Assembly: GCA_964567575.1 (NCBI GenBank)
Contig: CAZMMZ010000004.1
Span: 27,931 to 64,811, forward strand
Direction: 5' to 3'
Length of the DNA stretch: 36,881 bases
Source: Candidatus Undinarchaeota archaeon
Lineage (GTDB): Archaea; Undinarchaeota; Undinarchaeia; Undinarchaeales; UBA543
Shown here: piece by piece, positions 9,571 to 17,955 of the stretch
Numbering within the stretch: position 1 is the stretch's first letter
How the letters are laid out: every line of letters begins with the position of its first letter
The notes under the pieces: generated by a model
Databases searched by the model: none
What the model saw: only the letters and a program-made list of their open reading frames with translations
What the model was told of the DNA's origin: nothing
Position numbers and translations under genes: made by a program

Positions 9571-10088
9571 AAAAATCGGAAATCAAAAAAGTATTACTTA
9601 CTCTTGTTTTACCACTAGCATTAACAATTATTGGATTTATTGGAACAGCTGCTGGTGCAATTAATAAAAATAAATTATTTTTTGGAACTGGATTAATTAT
9701 AATGCTTGCAGGAATTATTGTTTTTTTCAAAAACAAAAAAAAGTTAAAAATAAATGCATGGCAAGTATTTGCAATGTCCTGGTTATTTGTTGATGGATGT
9801 TTCCATGCGTTTGCTGTAGCTGATTTTATAGAAGGAGTAGCACCTGACGCAGTTATTGCAAGAGGATTACTTGAACTCGCTGGAGCTTTGCCAATTTATA
9901 TCCACAGGATCATGGGAGCGTTCCTACTTTCAACAACAGTGTATGCCCTTTACTTATTGACTAGAAAAAAGAAATCAAATAAATTTGAAAGAATCTATTT
10001 AATTATTTACACGTGGGTTGAAGCACCAATAACAATTGCAATAATTGCTATAGGGATAATACTAAATCTTTTAGGAATTGGAATTTAA
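9567..10088 (+). CDS. Hypothetical multi-pass membrane protein
   Basis: 173 aa with about 5 hydrophobic segments; ATGA overlap with the upstream gene. Confidence 0.6.
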   Translation: MKKSEIKKVLLTLVLPLALTIIGFIGTAAGAINKNKLFFGTGLIIMLAGIIVFFKNKKKLKINAWQVFAMSWLFVDGCFHAFAVADFIEGVAPDAVIARGLLELAGALPIYIHRIMGAFLLSTTVYALYLLTRKKKSNKFERIYLIIYTWVEAPITIAIIAIGIILNLLGIGI

Positions 10089-10261
10089 ACTAAAACTGAA
10101 TACACAAACAGCACAGCTGAAATTATAAAACAAATAATAGCAAATCTAAAATTTGTACGCAGTCCGCGTTTTTTATTAAGTTTTATTTTAAGTCGGGCTA
10201 ATGTCCTAACTTGCCAATTAATTATTTGTTCTGGAAAAAGAATTATAATTAAGCACAGGTT
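10085..10261 (-). pseudogene. Start-less fragment of a small membrane-protein gene
   Basis: 59-codon open frame (NLCLIIILFPEQIINWQVRTLARLKIK...FAIICFIISAVLFVYSVLV*), closed upstream by TAA at 10262-10264, with no start codon. Confidence 0.3.
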
Positions 10262-10556
10262 TTAAAAAAATTAGGAATAACTGTAGTAATAATAGAAAAT
10301 ATGCACGATGTTCCTTATGTAAAAACAGTTGGTCCTGAAATCAGTTCTATGATGGCAATCATTGGAAAAGAAATAAAAAAATTAGATTTATATTGTGGTA
10401 TTCAAATTTTAGCAGGTGCAAACAAAGAAGCACTTGCAGTAGCAAAATCAGCAGGTTATACTTCGAATCCTAATTGAACATACAGAAATTAAGAATATTA
10501 TACATCAAACTAAACAACCGGAAAAAGTGAATGATTTTTTAAAAAAAGTAAAGTGA
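10253..10556 (+). pseudogene. BtpA/SgcQ-family remnant (5' truncated, internally deleted)
   Basis: IIENMHDVPY...VGPEISSMMAII...CGIQILAGANKEALAVAKSAG is the BtpA/SgcQ signature. No start codon; stops at 10477. A second frame ends EKVNDFLKKVK* at 10556. Confidence 0.75.
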
Positions 10557-10559
10557 TAC

Positions 10560-10599
10560 GCTCAAAACATTTATTAACATCTAAAATACTTATTCTACT
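10560..10599 (+). repeat. Copy A of the tRNA-Trp promoter repeat (BRE-TATA), upstream of the radical SAM gene
   Basis: GCTCAAAACATTTATTAACATCTAAAATACTTATTCTACT; ungapped hand count 34/40 to copy B and 32/40 to copy C. Confidence 0.85.
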
Positions 10600-10630
10600 T
10601 CGATTTAGGATTACAAGAGAAGGATAAACT

Positions 10631-11968
10631 ATGAAAGTATTACTTATCAGCCCTAACATTACCGGCATGAAGGACGGTGTTAATAGAATACAGCCACCGC
10701 TTGGTATATGCTATCTTGCAAGTGTTGCTAGAGAAGCTGGTCATGAAGTTTTTGTTAGAGATACAGCACTTGAAGATTATAGTAACCAAGTAGAGATTGG
10801 TAGAGGGTTAGTAAATATTGGAGAGAGTGATGAAAAAATTAAAGAATTTATTCAAAAAATTAATCCAGATGTAATTGGTGTAACAGCTACTCTTTCTAGT
10901 CTTGAATCCTCTGCATTAAACACAATTAAATTAGCAAAAGAAGTTAATCCAGATATTGTTACTGTTCTTGGTGGCAATCACATAACATTCTCTGAAAAGG
11001 ATTTTGCAGTTGATTACGTTATTAAAGGCGAAGGAGAAGTTGCATTTGTTAAATTGTTAGATAATCTAAAAAATAATATTAAGCCAGATAAAATTATCAC
11101 TGGTCTTCCTTTTGAAAATCTTGATGAGCTCCCATTTCCTGCACGGGATCTTATGAATATAGAAAAATATTTTAAAATTAATTTATTTCATTCAAGCAGA
11201 AGTGGTAGACGTATTTTGAATGTTATGACTAGTCGTGGTTGTCCGCAGGAGTGTTCTTTTTGCACAACTCCAAAAATGTGGGGTAATCGATTCCGTTTCA
11301 GAAGTGCTGAGAATGTAATTGAAGAAATTAAAGGATATGTTGAAAAGTATAATATTGAAGAAGTTCAATTTGAAGATGATACGCTTACACTGAATATCCA
11401 AAACTTATACAAATTATGTGACTTGCTAAAACCAATGAATCTGAAATGGTGCGTTCCAAATGGTATTAGAATTAATTATCACGTTGATCAACATGAAGAG
11501 ATGTTCCGAAGAATGAAAGAATCTGGTTGTTTCCAAGTTACTCTTGCTTGCGAAAGCGGAAATCAACGAGTATTAGATGAAGTTCTTAATAAAAATTTGA
11601 AATTAGAACAAATTAAACCAGCAATTGAAAAAGCAAAGAAAGTTGGTTTGCAAGTTCACACTTTTTGGCTTGTTGGAGCCCCTGGTGAAACAAGGAAAGA
11701 AATGGAAGAAACAATTGAATTTGCTAGTAAGTGTGGTGCAGACAGCTACACTGTAAGCATATACTGCCCATTACCAGGGAGCAAGCTTTTTGATAAAGTC
11801 ATGAAAGAAGGATTATGGTTAGATGGTGGTTTTTCCAATTTAATGATTTATAGAAAGTCTTTCATTCGGGTTGATGGTTTTGAAACTGGTAAAGAATTTG
11901 AAGATTGGGTTACTGAGCAAAACGCATTTCTTAATAAAGGCAGTAAGTTTTTTGTGAAACAAACTTGA
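10631..11968 (+). CDS. Cobalamin-binding (class B-type) radical SAM protein
   Basis: N-terminal B12-binding domain (PPLGICYLAS, PDVIGVT, VLGGNH, GEGE); TSRGCPQECSFC CxxxCxxC motif; EDDTLT; ESGNQRVL. Confidence 0.92.
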   Translation: MKVLLISPNITGMKDGVNRIQPPLGICYLASVAREAGHEVFVRDTALEDYSNQVEIGRGLVNIGESDEKIKEFIQKINPDVIGVTATLSSLESSALNTIKLAKEVNPDIVTVLGGNHITFSEKDFAVDYVIKGEGEVAFVKLLDNLKNNIKPDKIITGLPFENLDELPFPARDLMNIEKYFKINLFHSSRSGRRILNVMTSRGCPQECSFCTTPKMWGNRFRFRSAENVIEEIKGYVEKYNIEEVQFEDDTLTLNIQNLYKLCDLLKPMNLKWCVPNGIRINYHVDQHEEMFRRMKESGCFQVTLACESGNQRVLDEVLNKNLKLEQIKPAIEKAKKVGLQVHTFWLVGAPGETRKEMEETIEFASKCGADSYTVSIYCPLPGSKLFDKVMKEGLWLDGGFSNLMIYRKSFIRVDGFETGKEFEDWVTEQNAFLNKGSKFFVKQT

Positions 11969-11980
11969 TGTTAAGAACTC

Positions 11981-12060
11981 ACTCAAAACCTTTATTAACA
12001 TCAAAAATACTTAATTTAATTCTAAAGAGGGGATATGGCGTAACGTGACTCTTGGCTCCG
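11981..12060 (+). repeat. Copy B: tRNA-Trp promoter plus degenerate 5' part of tRNA-Trp
   Basis: 11981-12047 aligns ungapped to 13591-13657 (offset 1610 nt, 58/67 identical by hand); followed by TGGCTCC, matching the anticodon arm. Confidence 0.9.
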
Positions 12061-12081
12061 GTACACACCACGAATTATGCC
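12029..12081 (+). pseudogene. tRNA-Trp 5' remnant / candidate tRNA-derived hairpin RNA
   Basis: GGGGATATGGCGTAACGTG versus tRNA GGGGCTATGGCGTAACCTG; no T-arm or 3' acceptor strand; GGCGTAACGTG can pair with CACG-AA-TTATGCC. Confidence 0.7.
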
Positions 12082-12110
12082 AAAAATGACAAGAAAATAA
12101 TTTAGTTTTA

Positions 12111-12125
12111 CAAAACCTTTATTAA
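12111..12125 (+). repeat. Copy D: BRE-TATA core of the same promoter
   Basis: CAAAACCTTTATTAA, a 15-nt exact match to copies B and C, 14 nt from the stop of the convergent S-layer-like gene. Confidence 0.6.
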
Positions 12126-12139
12126 TCCCAAACTGATTT

Positions 12140-13540
12140 TCAATTCACATTTAAAGAAGCAGAATCATCAATAACTTCCAAGATTTCAAGTTCGTCACCC
12201 CAGGAGTTTACGATAATCACCTTGCCAGATAAAAGCTCGTCATTTTTTTCCTGCGCGAGAAGATCGGTTGCGGCTTTTGTGCCCCATCTGGTTAATCCTG
12301 CAGCAATTATCACGTTTTTGTCAGGGTTGTATGGATTTTTAGTTATAACTAGCATACCAATACCAGGATTATCATATCCATTATATTCCTTAGAACCGCC
12401 AGTTATGTACCAGAGATTGTTTTTTTGCTCGAAGCGCACTGGAAGCAATGGGTTAATTTCTCTGACAAGAGAATTCGTGACCGGACCCCCGACAAGTATG
12501 AGATTATCTGCCTTTTGGTCAGATATGATTTCAGTATCAATAATGTTCACACTTTTTGATTTACCGGATATGACCCCAAAACGCTGAGCAATATCAGCAA
12601 CCCCCTGAACGTCCGGAGCAGCTGCAGATTCTCCCATTATTATCCAAGACTTGTGCTCTCCTGGAGAAACAAAAAAAGAAGGGTAACTGCTCAGGGTTCC
12701 AGGAATAGCAGGACGTGATGGTTTAGCTGGTTCGGCTTCTGCTTCCTCAACGAGAGCAGCTGAAGGTTCGCTTATTGTAGTAGTTTCTTCTGAAACTTCA
12801 GCAGAAAGCGCCTGCTTCAAACAGACGCCGTTATTGCAGCCATTTTCACATAGGTAGATATCCTTGCCGTAATTAGTTTCAGTTGGACAGGAATATTCCA
12901 CTAAATAATCAGATGCCTCTGCAGTGCTTCCCCAGCTATTAACAGGAGTTTTTTCAATGCAAATATCAGTATTTGATCCGCCAGCCCCGTATGTAACAGT
13001 CCCTTTTGTATATTTATCTTTGCCATTATCCGAATCAACACAACCAACATCCTTAATCAAATGAGGAACTGTCTTGATTGGTTTAGGCGCTTGCGGAGAA
13101 TCCGTTTTTTCGCTTTTTTCAGAAATTTGCTCTTGCTTTTTCACAACCAAGCTTTCTGTTTTAATAGAAGTCTGTTCTGTTGATGCAACAGCTTCAACTT
13201 CGCCACACAGATCTTCCGGCAAATCCAGAACAAGTTCTATTGATCCAAGGTTGCTGTCAGAATCTAGTTCTGCAGTTACCATAATAACAGGAATGTTGGA
13301 AATTATTGCATTGTCACCTGAATTAACGTATTTAAGTTCAGTTATTTTGCGCGTCCGAATACCGATCTTGGCTTTGTATCCAGAATCGCTGTTCCCATAC
13401 AAACCTACAAGAGAAACAGAAACACAATCAACGATAGCTGTTGAATCTCCAGCAGTATTAAGTTTGATAGTATGTGATTCAGCAAGAACAGGTTGAAAGA
13501 ACAACAATAATCCTATTAGGAGACATATTATTTTTTTCAT
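12140..13540 (-). CDS. Secreted S-layer-like protein with a Cys-rich module and a Methanococcus-type S-layer C-terminal domain
   Basis: Signal peptide; CVDSDNGKDKYTKG...C...EYSC...CENGCNNGVC module; IMGESAAAPDVQGVADIA, NLILVGGPVTNSLV, IIAAGLTRWGTKAA. Confidence 0.75.
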   Translation of the reverse strand: MKKIICLLIGLLLFFQPVLAESHTIKLNTAGDSTAIVDCVSVSLVGLYGNSDSGYKAKIGIRTRKITELKYVNSGDNAIISNIPVIMVTAELDSDSNLGSIELVLDLPEDLCGEVEAVASTEQTSIKTESLVVKKQEQISEKSEKTDSPQAPKPIKTVPHLIKDVGCVDSDNGKDKYTKGTVTYGAGGSNTDICIEKTPVNSWGSTAEASDYLVEYSCPTETNYGKDIYLCENGCNNGVCLKQALSAEVSEETTTISEPSAALVEEAEAEPAKPSRPAIPGTLSSYPSFFVSPGEHKSWIIMGESAAAPDVQGVADIAQRFGVISGKSKSVNIIDTEIISDQKADNLILVGGPVTNSLVREINPLLPVRFEQKNNLWYITGGSKEYNGYDNPGIGMLVITKNPYNPDKNVIIAAGLTRWGTKAATDLLAQEKNDELLSGKVIIVNSWGDELEILEVIDDSASLNVN

Positions 13541-13590
13541 AAAATATATTCAGTAAAGAAGTTTATAAAGTTTGGCGATAACAAATCACA

Positions 13591-13638
13591 ACTCAAAACC
13601 TTTATTAACATCCAATTCACTTATTCTAACTCTAAAGA
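13591..13638 (+). promoter_or_regulatory. Copy C: native promoter of tRNA-Trp
   Basis: CAAAACC (BRE) + TTTATTAA (TATA, 13601-13608), about 30 nt upstream of the mature tRNA 5' end. Confidence 0.8.
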
Positions 13639-13769
13639 GGGGCTATGGCGTAACCTGGGAGCGTAAGTGGCTCCAGACATCTGGAGCGTTGATCCTTCGG
13701 GAAATGATATATTTCAAGGCTCGCAGTGGCAGAAACCACTAGGCCAGGGTTCAAATCCCTGTGGCCCCA
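13639..13769 (+). tRNA. trnW: tRNA-Trp (anticodon CCA) with a 58-nt intron at 37/38; CCA tail not encoded
   Basis: Acceptor GGGGCTA/TGGCCCC + A73; D-arm GCGT/GCGT with wobbles; anticodon stem AGTGG/CCACT; loop CT-CCA-G|A; T-loop TTCAAAT; intron 13677-13734. Confidence 0.95.
13677..13734 (+). ncRNA. tRNA-Trp intron with a box C'/D' K-turn and a guide complementary to the anticodon loop
   Basis: CTGGAGC (13681-13687) is complementary to G31-G37; TTGA (D'-like, 13689-13692); TCC-TTCG-GGA stem; AATGATA (C'-like); the D+5 position pairs with C34. Confidence 0.75.
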
Positions 13770-13817
13770 CCTCTTATCCCAATATTTTTATAGTGTATAT
13801 TCTAACAGAGAAATAGC

Positions 13818-16490
13818 ATGACTGATTACGACCACAAAAAAATAGAGCAGAAATGGCAAACTGCTTGGGCAGAAAAGAAAATATTCAAAGTTAAAGAGGA
13901 TTCTAAGAAAAAAAAGTATTATGTTTTAGAAATGTTTCCTTATCCTTCAGGCAAACTTCATATGGGTCATGTTCGTAACTATTCAATAGGTGACGCATGC
14001 TCTCGATTTAAACGCATGAATGGCTTTAATGTTCTTTATCCAATGGGATATGATGCTCTTGGACTTCCTGCAGAAAACGCTGCAATCAAAAACAAAACCA
14101 ATCCAGACAAATGGACAAAGAAAAGTATGGCGCAAATGACAGAACAACTTAAACTCCTTGGACTTTCATATGATTGGGACAGAACAGTTGCAACTTGTGA
14201 TCCTGATTATTACAAATGGAACCAATACATTTTCACAAAGTTTTTTGAAAAAGGACTTGCATACAAAAAACCTTCACCAGTTAATTGGTGCCCAGGTTGT
14301 GGAACTGTACTTGCAAATGAACAAGTTGAAAATGGAAAATGTTGGAGATGCAAAGCTGAAGTTGAAGTTAAAAATCTTGAGCAATGGTCATTTAGAATTA
14401 CAGATTATGCTGAAGAACTTTTGAAAGACATTGATGATAAACTTGATGAATGGCCAGAGCGCGTCAAAACAATGCAAAAAAATTGGATTGGAAAAAGTAA
14501 AGGTGTTGTTCTTAAATTCCCAATTATTGATTCTGATAAAACTCTTGAAATGTTCACAACTCGTGTTGATACTTTATGGGGAGTAACTTTTGTTGTTCTT
14601 GCACCAGAGAATCCACTTGTTGAAGAACTTGTTGCAGGAACAAAAATTGAAAAAGATGTAAAGGAATTCATTAAGAAAGTTGTTATTCAAGATAAATTTG
14701 AAAGAACAGCAGATGATAAAGAAAAAGAAGGAATGTTTATCGGCCGCTACGTAACGAATCCGGCAACGAATGAAAAGATTCCGATTTACATTGGCAATTT
14801 TGTTTTAATGGAATATGGAACAGGAGCAATCATTGCTGTACCAACTCACGATCAACGAGACTTTGAATTTGCAAAAAAATATAATATTCCAATGCGCGTT
14901 GTCATAACTCCAGAAGGTCATGAATTAAATCCTGATAAAATGGTTCGCGCTTACATGGACGAAGGTGTGATGTGCAACTCTGGAGAATTCAATGGATGGA
15001 ACAACAAAGAAGCAATTGATGCAATTGGAGAATATTGTGAAAAGCACAAATGGGGAGAACGCACAACACAATACAAACTCCGTGATTGGTTAATTTCAAG
15101 ACAACGATATTGGGGAACCCCAATCCCAATTATTTATTGTGAAAAATGTGGAACAAATGCAGTTCCAGAAAAAGACTTACCAATTAAACTTCCAACAGAT
15201 GTGAAATTTGAAGGAAAAGGAAATCCAATCAAAACTTCAAAAACTTTTGTTAATTGTAAATGTCCAAAATGTGGTGGCAAAGCAAAGCGAGAAACTGACA
15301 CAATGGACACTTTTGTAGATAGTTCTTGGTATTGGTTCAGATACTGTGATCCAAAGAATAGCAAATTGCCTTATGACAAAAAAACAATAAAATACTGGAA
15401 TCCAGTGGACCAATACATCGGCGGTATTGAACATGCAATTCTTCACTTACTTTATTCTCGATTCTACACAAAAGCTACTCGCGATCTTGGATTACATAAT
15501 ATTGACGAGCCATTCAAACGCTTGCTTTGCCAAGGAATGGTAATTAAAGACGGAGCAAAGATGTCAAAGAGTTTAGGAAATGTTGTTGATCCAAATGAAA
15601 TTATTAAAAAATACGGTGCAGATACTGCACGAATGTTCATGCTCTTTACTGCATTACCTGAAAAGGAATTAGATTGGAGTGAACAAGGAGTAGACGCAGT
15701 CTATCGGTTCTTGCGCAGAATTTATACATTATTTGATGAAGCAAAATTCGCAGATCGCGCAATCAAAGGAACACTTCGAAGCAAAGACAAATACATTCTT
15801 GCAAAAACTCACAGCATATTAAAGAAAGTTACAGGACACATGGAAAACTTCCAGCTTAATATTGCAATTTCAGCAATGATGGAACTCGTTACAGAATTAA
15901 ATAAATATTCTTCAGATTCAAAACCAGAAGTAATGTTTGAAGGCCTCAAAACCCTTGCATTAATGTTAAATCCGTTTGCTCCACATCTTGCTGAAGAATT
16001 CTGGCATATACTCAAACAGAAACCATTCATATCTTTACAGAAATGGCCAGAACCAAATAAGAAATATCTTGATGAAAGTTTTGAGCAAGGCGAAACATTA
16101 GTTCGAAACACACTCTCTGATATTCGACAAGTTATTGACATTGTTGGAAAGCAACCAAAAAAGATTACACTCTTTATTGCACCGGAATGGAAGCGCGAAA
16201 TTTATTCTGGAGTAAAAGCAGGAAAACAAATTAAAGATTTCATGCAAGATGAGAAATTCAGGAAATATGGAAAAGATGTTGCAAAAATGGTTCCTGCTTT
16301 AATGAAAAAGAAAGAACAATTAAAAGAAAAAGTAATGAGCCAGAAAGAGGAATTAAAAGTTTTTGAAGAAAGTAAAACGCAAATGGAAGAAGCACTTGAG
16401 TGCAAATTAGAAGTTGTTAAAGCTCAAGATTCCAAAGAAGATAAAGCAAAAGTAGCTGGTCCAGAGAAACCAGGTGTTTTAGTGGATTAA
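13818..16490 (+). CDS. leuS: Leucyl-tRNA synthetase (bacterial-type core, archaeal-type C-terminal domain)
   Basis: [75 protein letters not shown]; ends [15 protein letters not shown]. Confidence 0.97.
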   Translation: MTDYDHKKIEQKWQTAWAEKKIFKVKEDSKKKKYYVLEMFPYPSGKLHMGHVRNYSIGDACSRFKRMNGFNVLYPMGYDALGLPAENAAIKNKTNPDKWTKKSMAQMTEQLKLLGLSYDWDRTVATCDPDYYKWNQYIFTKFFEKGLAYKKPSPVNWCPGCGTVLANEQVENGKCWRCKAEVEVKNLEQWSFRITDYAEELLKDIDDKLDEWPERVKTMQKNWIGKSKGVVLKFPIIDSDKTLEMFTTRVDTLWGVTFVVLAPENPLVEELVAGTKIEKDVKEFIKKVVIQDKFERTADDKEKEGMFIGRYVTNPATNEKIPIYIGNFVLMEYGTGAIIAVPTHDQRDFEFAKKYNIPMRVVITPEGHELNPDKMVRAYMDEGVMCNSGEFNGWNNKEAIDAIGEYCEKHKWGERTTQYKLRDWLISRQRYWGTPIPIIYCEKCGTNAVPEKDLPIKLPTDVKFEGKGNPIKTSKTFVNCKCPKCGGKAKRETDTMDTFVDSSWYWFRYCDPKNSKLPYDKKTIKYWNPVDQYIGGIEHAILHLLYSRFYTKATRDLGLHNIDEPFKRLLCQGMVIKDGAKMSKSLGNVVDPNEIIKKYGADTARMFMLFTALPEKELDWSEQGVDAVYRFLRRIYTLFDEAKFADRAIKGTLRSKDKYILAKTHSILKKVTGHMENFQLNIAISAMMELVTELNKYSSDSKPEVMFEGLKTLALMLNPFAPHLAEEFWHILKQKPFISLQKWPEPNKKYLDESFEQGETLVRNTLSDIRQVIDIVGKQPKKITLFIAPEWKREIYSGVKAGKQIKDFMQDEKFRKYGKDVAKMVPALMKKKEQLKEKVMSQKEELKVFEESKTQMEEALECKLEVVKAQDSKEDKAKVAGPEKPGVLVD

Positions 16491-17080
16491 TCTATTCGTT
16501 TCTTCAATTCATTTGCAGCATTGATAAAATTGTCACCAAGCCCCAACTCGTTTTTCTTTAGAGTATTACCAAGAGAAAGATATACAGAAATAAGTTCATC
16601 AAGAGTAATGCCTTCAGTCGTCTCAGTTTTTTCAATAAGAGCTTTGACTTTCCTTGATTTTTGTATTAGCTCAACTGCTTTTTCAGGATATACACCAATA
16701 AAACAATACTCATTCTTACTGACAAATTCCTTAACCATATCAAGAAGAGTATACATAATCCCACCACGCCCTTCTTTAACAGTAACATGGACATTAGAAA
16801 AACCAAAATAATAAAATCCGAAAAGGAAACGAATAAGTGTAAGAGCAGATCCCAAACCTTTCTTCTCATATTCTTTTTGGAAAAAATCATTTTCATAATA
16901 GAGAAGCATCAGAGAAATCCGATCATCTACAGAATTAATATGAGAATAAATTATTTGAGAAGAATCAGAAATCTTCTTGTTTGCAGGATTTTGCTTTTTA
17001 CTTATAAAAAACTTGTATGGAAACAAAGAGTCCTCAGATTTGAGAAAATATATTCGCAAATCATTCAATAGTTTACTCAT
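16487..17080 (-). CDS. Hypothetical protein, possible degenerate GNAT-like motif
   Basis: Start placed at MSKLL (17080), about 23 nt after a TTAAGTA box; contains [12 protein letters not shown]. Confidence 0.55.
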   Translation of the reverse strand: MSKLLNDLRIYFLKSEDSLFPYKFFISKKQNPANKKISDSSQIIYSHINSVDDRISLMLLYYENDFFQKEYEKKGLGSALTLIRFLFGFYYFGFSNVHVTVKEGRGGIMYTLLDMVKEFVSKNEYCFIGVYPEKAVELIQKSRKVKALIEKTETTEGITLDELISVYLSLGNTLKKNELGLGDNFINAANELKKRID

Positions 17081-17112
17081 AACTAACAATTACCCAAACA
17101 ACTACTTAACAC

Positions 17113-17955
17113 TTACCTTAGCCCGCGCAAATATCTTTCTAAAGTCATAGCATTCCACAAGTGCACAATCACAATCATGCGAGGTTCTCGATTTAGTTTC
17201 TTTTTCAATCTTCTGTATTCTTTTGCAATTTTACGAGCCATGTATCTTTCACGATACTGATCCATCTTGTGAATCACAAGAGAAATCCGCATATCATTCT
17301 TCAATTGCTTACTAAGTGGCATTAAGAAAAGCATTGGCATGAATAATTTGTGAACTACACGATCCCAGATAACGCCCATTCTTGAAATTGTACTCTCGAA
17401 GTGGTTGTGTTTGTATGGATTATTTGTTACAAGACCAGGGTGTCTTACAAGACGCTCGACAATGTGAAATGGGAAATGGGAAATTTCAGAAAGCTTCCAC
17501 AAGATATCAGGCAACCGTTGAGTTTCAATAACTTCTCGCGTGCTTTTAACATGCTCATCTTCAAATAAATTCATTAAATATTTTTCAAGCACATCAAGAG
17601 GAACATCCATTGCATGAAGCTCTGCACCAGCATTTTTTGCTTCTTGCATAACATGAATTTCTCTGCCTTCAGTTTCAATAGCTTCAAGTTCTTCTTCTTC
17701 AATTTGACCAAGCAAGAATTTCTTAAGAAGATCATGTTCAACATCCTTCTTCTCAACTTTAATTGCTTTAAGTAAATGTGTTTTCAATTGATGAACATCG
17801 ACTTTTCCAGAATTGAAATCATCAAAAATTTTCTGGAATGGAGTATATGGAAGTTCCATAAACACTGCATCTGGTTTCTCTTTCTTTATTTCATGAGCTT
17901 CGTAAACTGCATGCGCAGTATCATACACACCCTCAGCAATTATTCTAATTGTCAT
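17113..17955 (-). CDS. Divergent TraB/PrgY/GumN-family-like protein
   Basis: IKKEKPDAVFMELP, EIHVMQEAKNAGAELHAMDVP, RERYMARKI, MIVIV motif order matches TraB; the canonical His motifs are altered. Confidence 0.55.
   Translation of the reverse strand: MTIRIIAEGVYDTAHAVYEAHEIKKEKPDAVFMELPYTPFQKIFDDFNSGKVDVHQLKTHLLKAIKVEKKDVEHDLLKKFLLGQIEEEELEAIETEGREIHVMQEAKNAGAELHAMDVPLDVLEKYLMNLFEDEHVKSTREVIETQRLPDILWKLSEISHFPFHIVERLVRHPGLVTNNPYKHNHFESTISRMGVIWDRVVHKLFMPMLFLMPLSKQLKNDMRISLVIHKMDQYRERYMARKIAKEYRRLKKKLNREPRMIVIVHLWNAMTLERYLRGLR

Noticed and set aside
10619-10632. 14-nt exact match GAAGGATAAACTAT also at 25474-25487
   Set aside because: Several such matches are expected by chance in 37 kb of AT-rich DNA, and the contexts differ.
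12029-12081. Split (trans-spliced) tRNA-Trp 5' half
   Set aside because: The D-arm is deleted/mutated, the acceptor has a C-to-A change, an intact tRNA-Trp is 1.6 kb away, and no complementary 3' half is seen in the window.
13598-13630. The reverse strand of promoter copies A/B/C loosely resembles a Xer/dif site (…ATAA-N7-(G/A/T)GATGTTAATA vs the XerD arm TTATGTTAAAT)
   Set aside because: The spacer is 7 nt, the invariant TT next to the spacer is missing, the arms are poorly symmetric, and copy D conserves only the BRE-TATA part; promoter function explains the conservation. Worth re-testing only if cassette excision is shown.
10560-13638. CRISPR-like array
   Set aside because: Spacings of 130-1480 nt contain whole genes, the repeats are degenerate promoters, and there are no cas genes. 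The DUF2779 Cas4-like domain is 17 kb away and is not a CRISPR Cas4 in this context.
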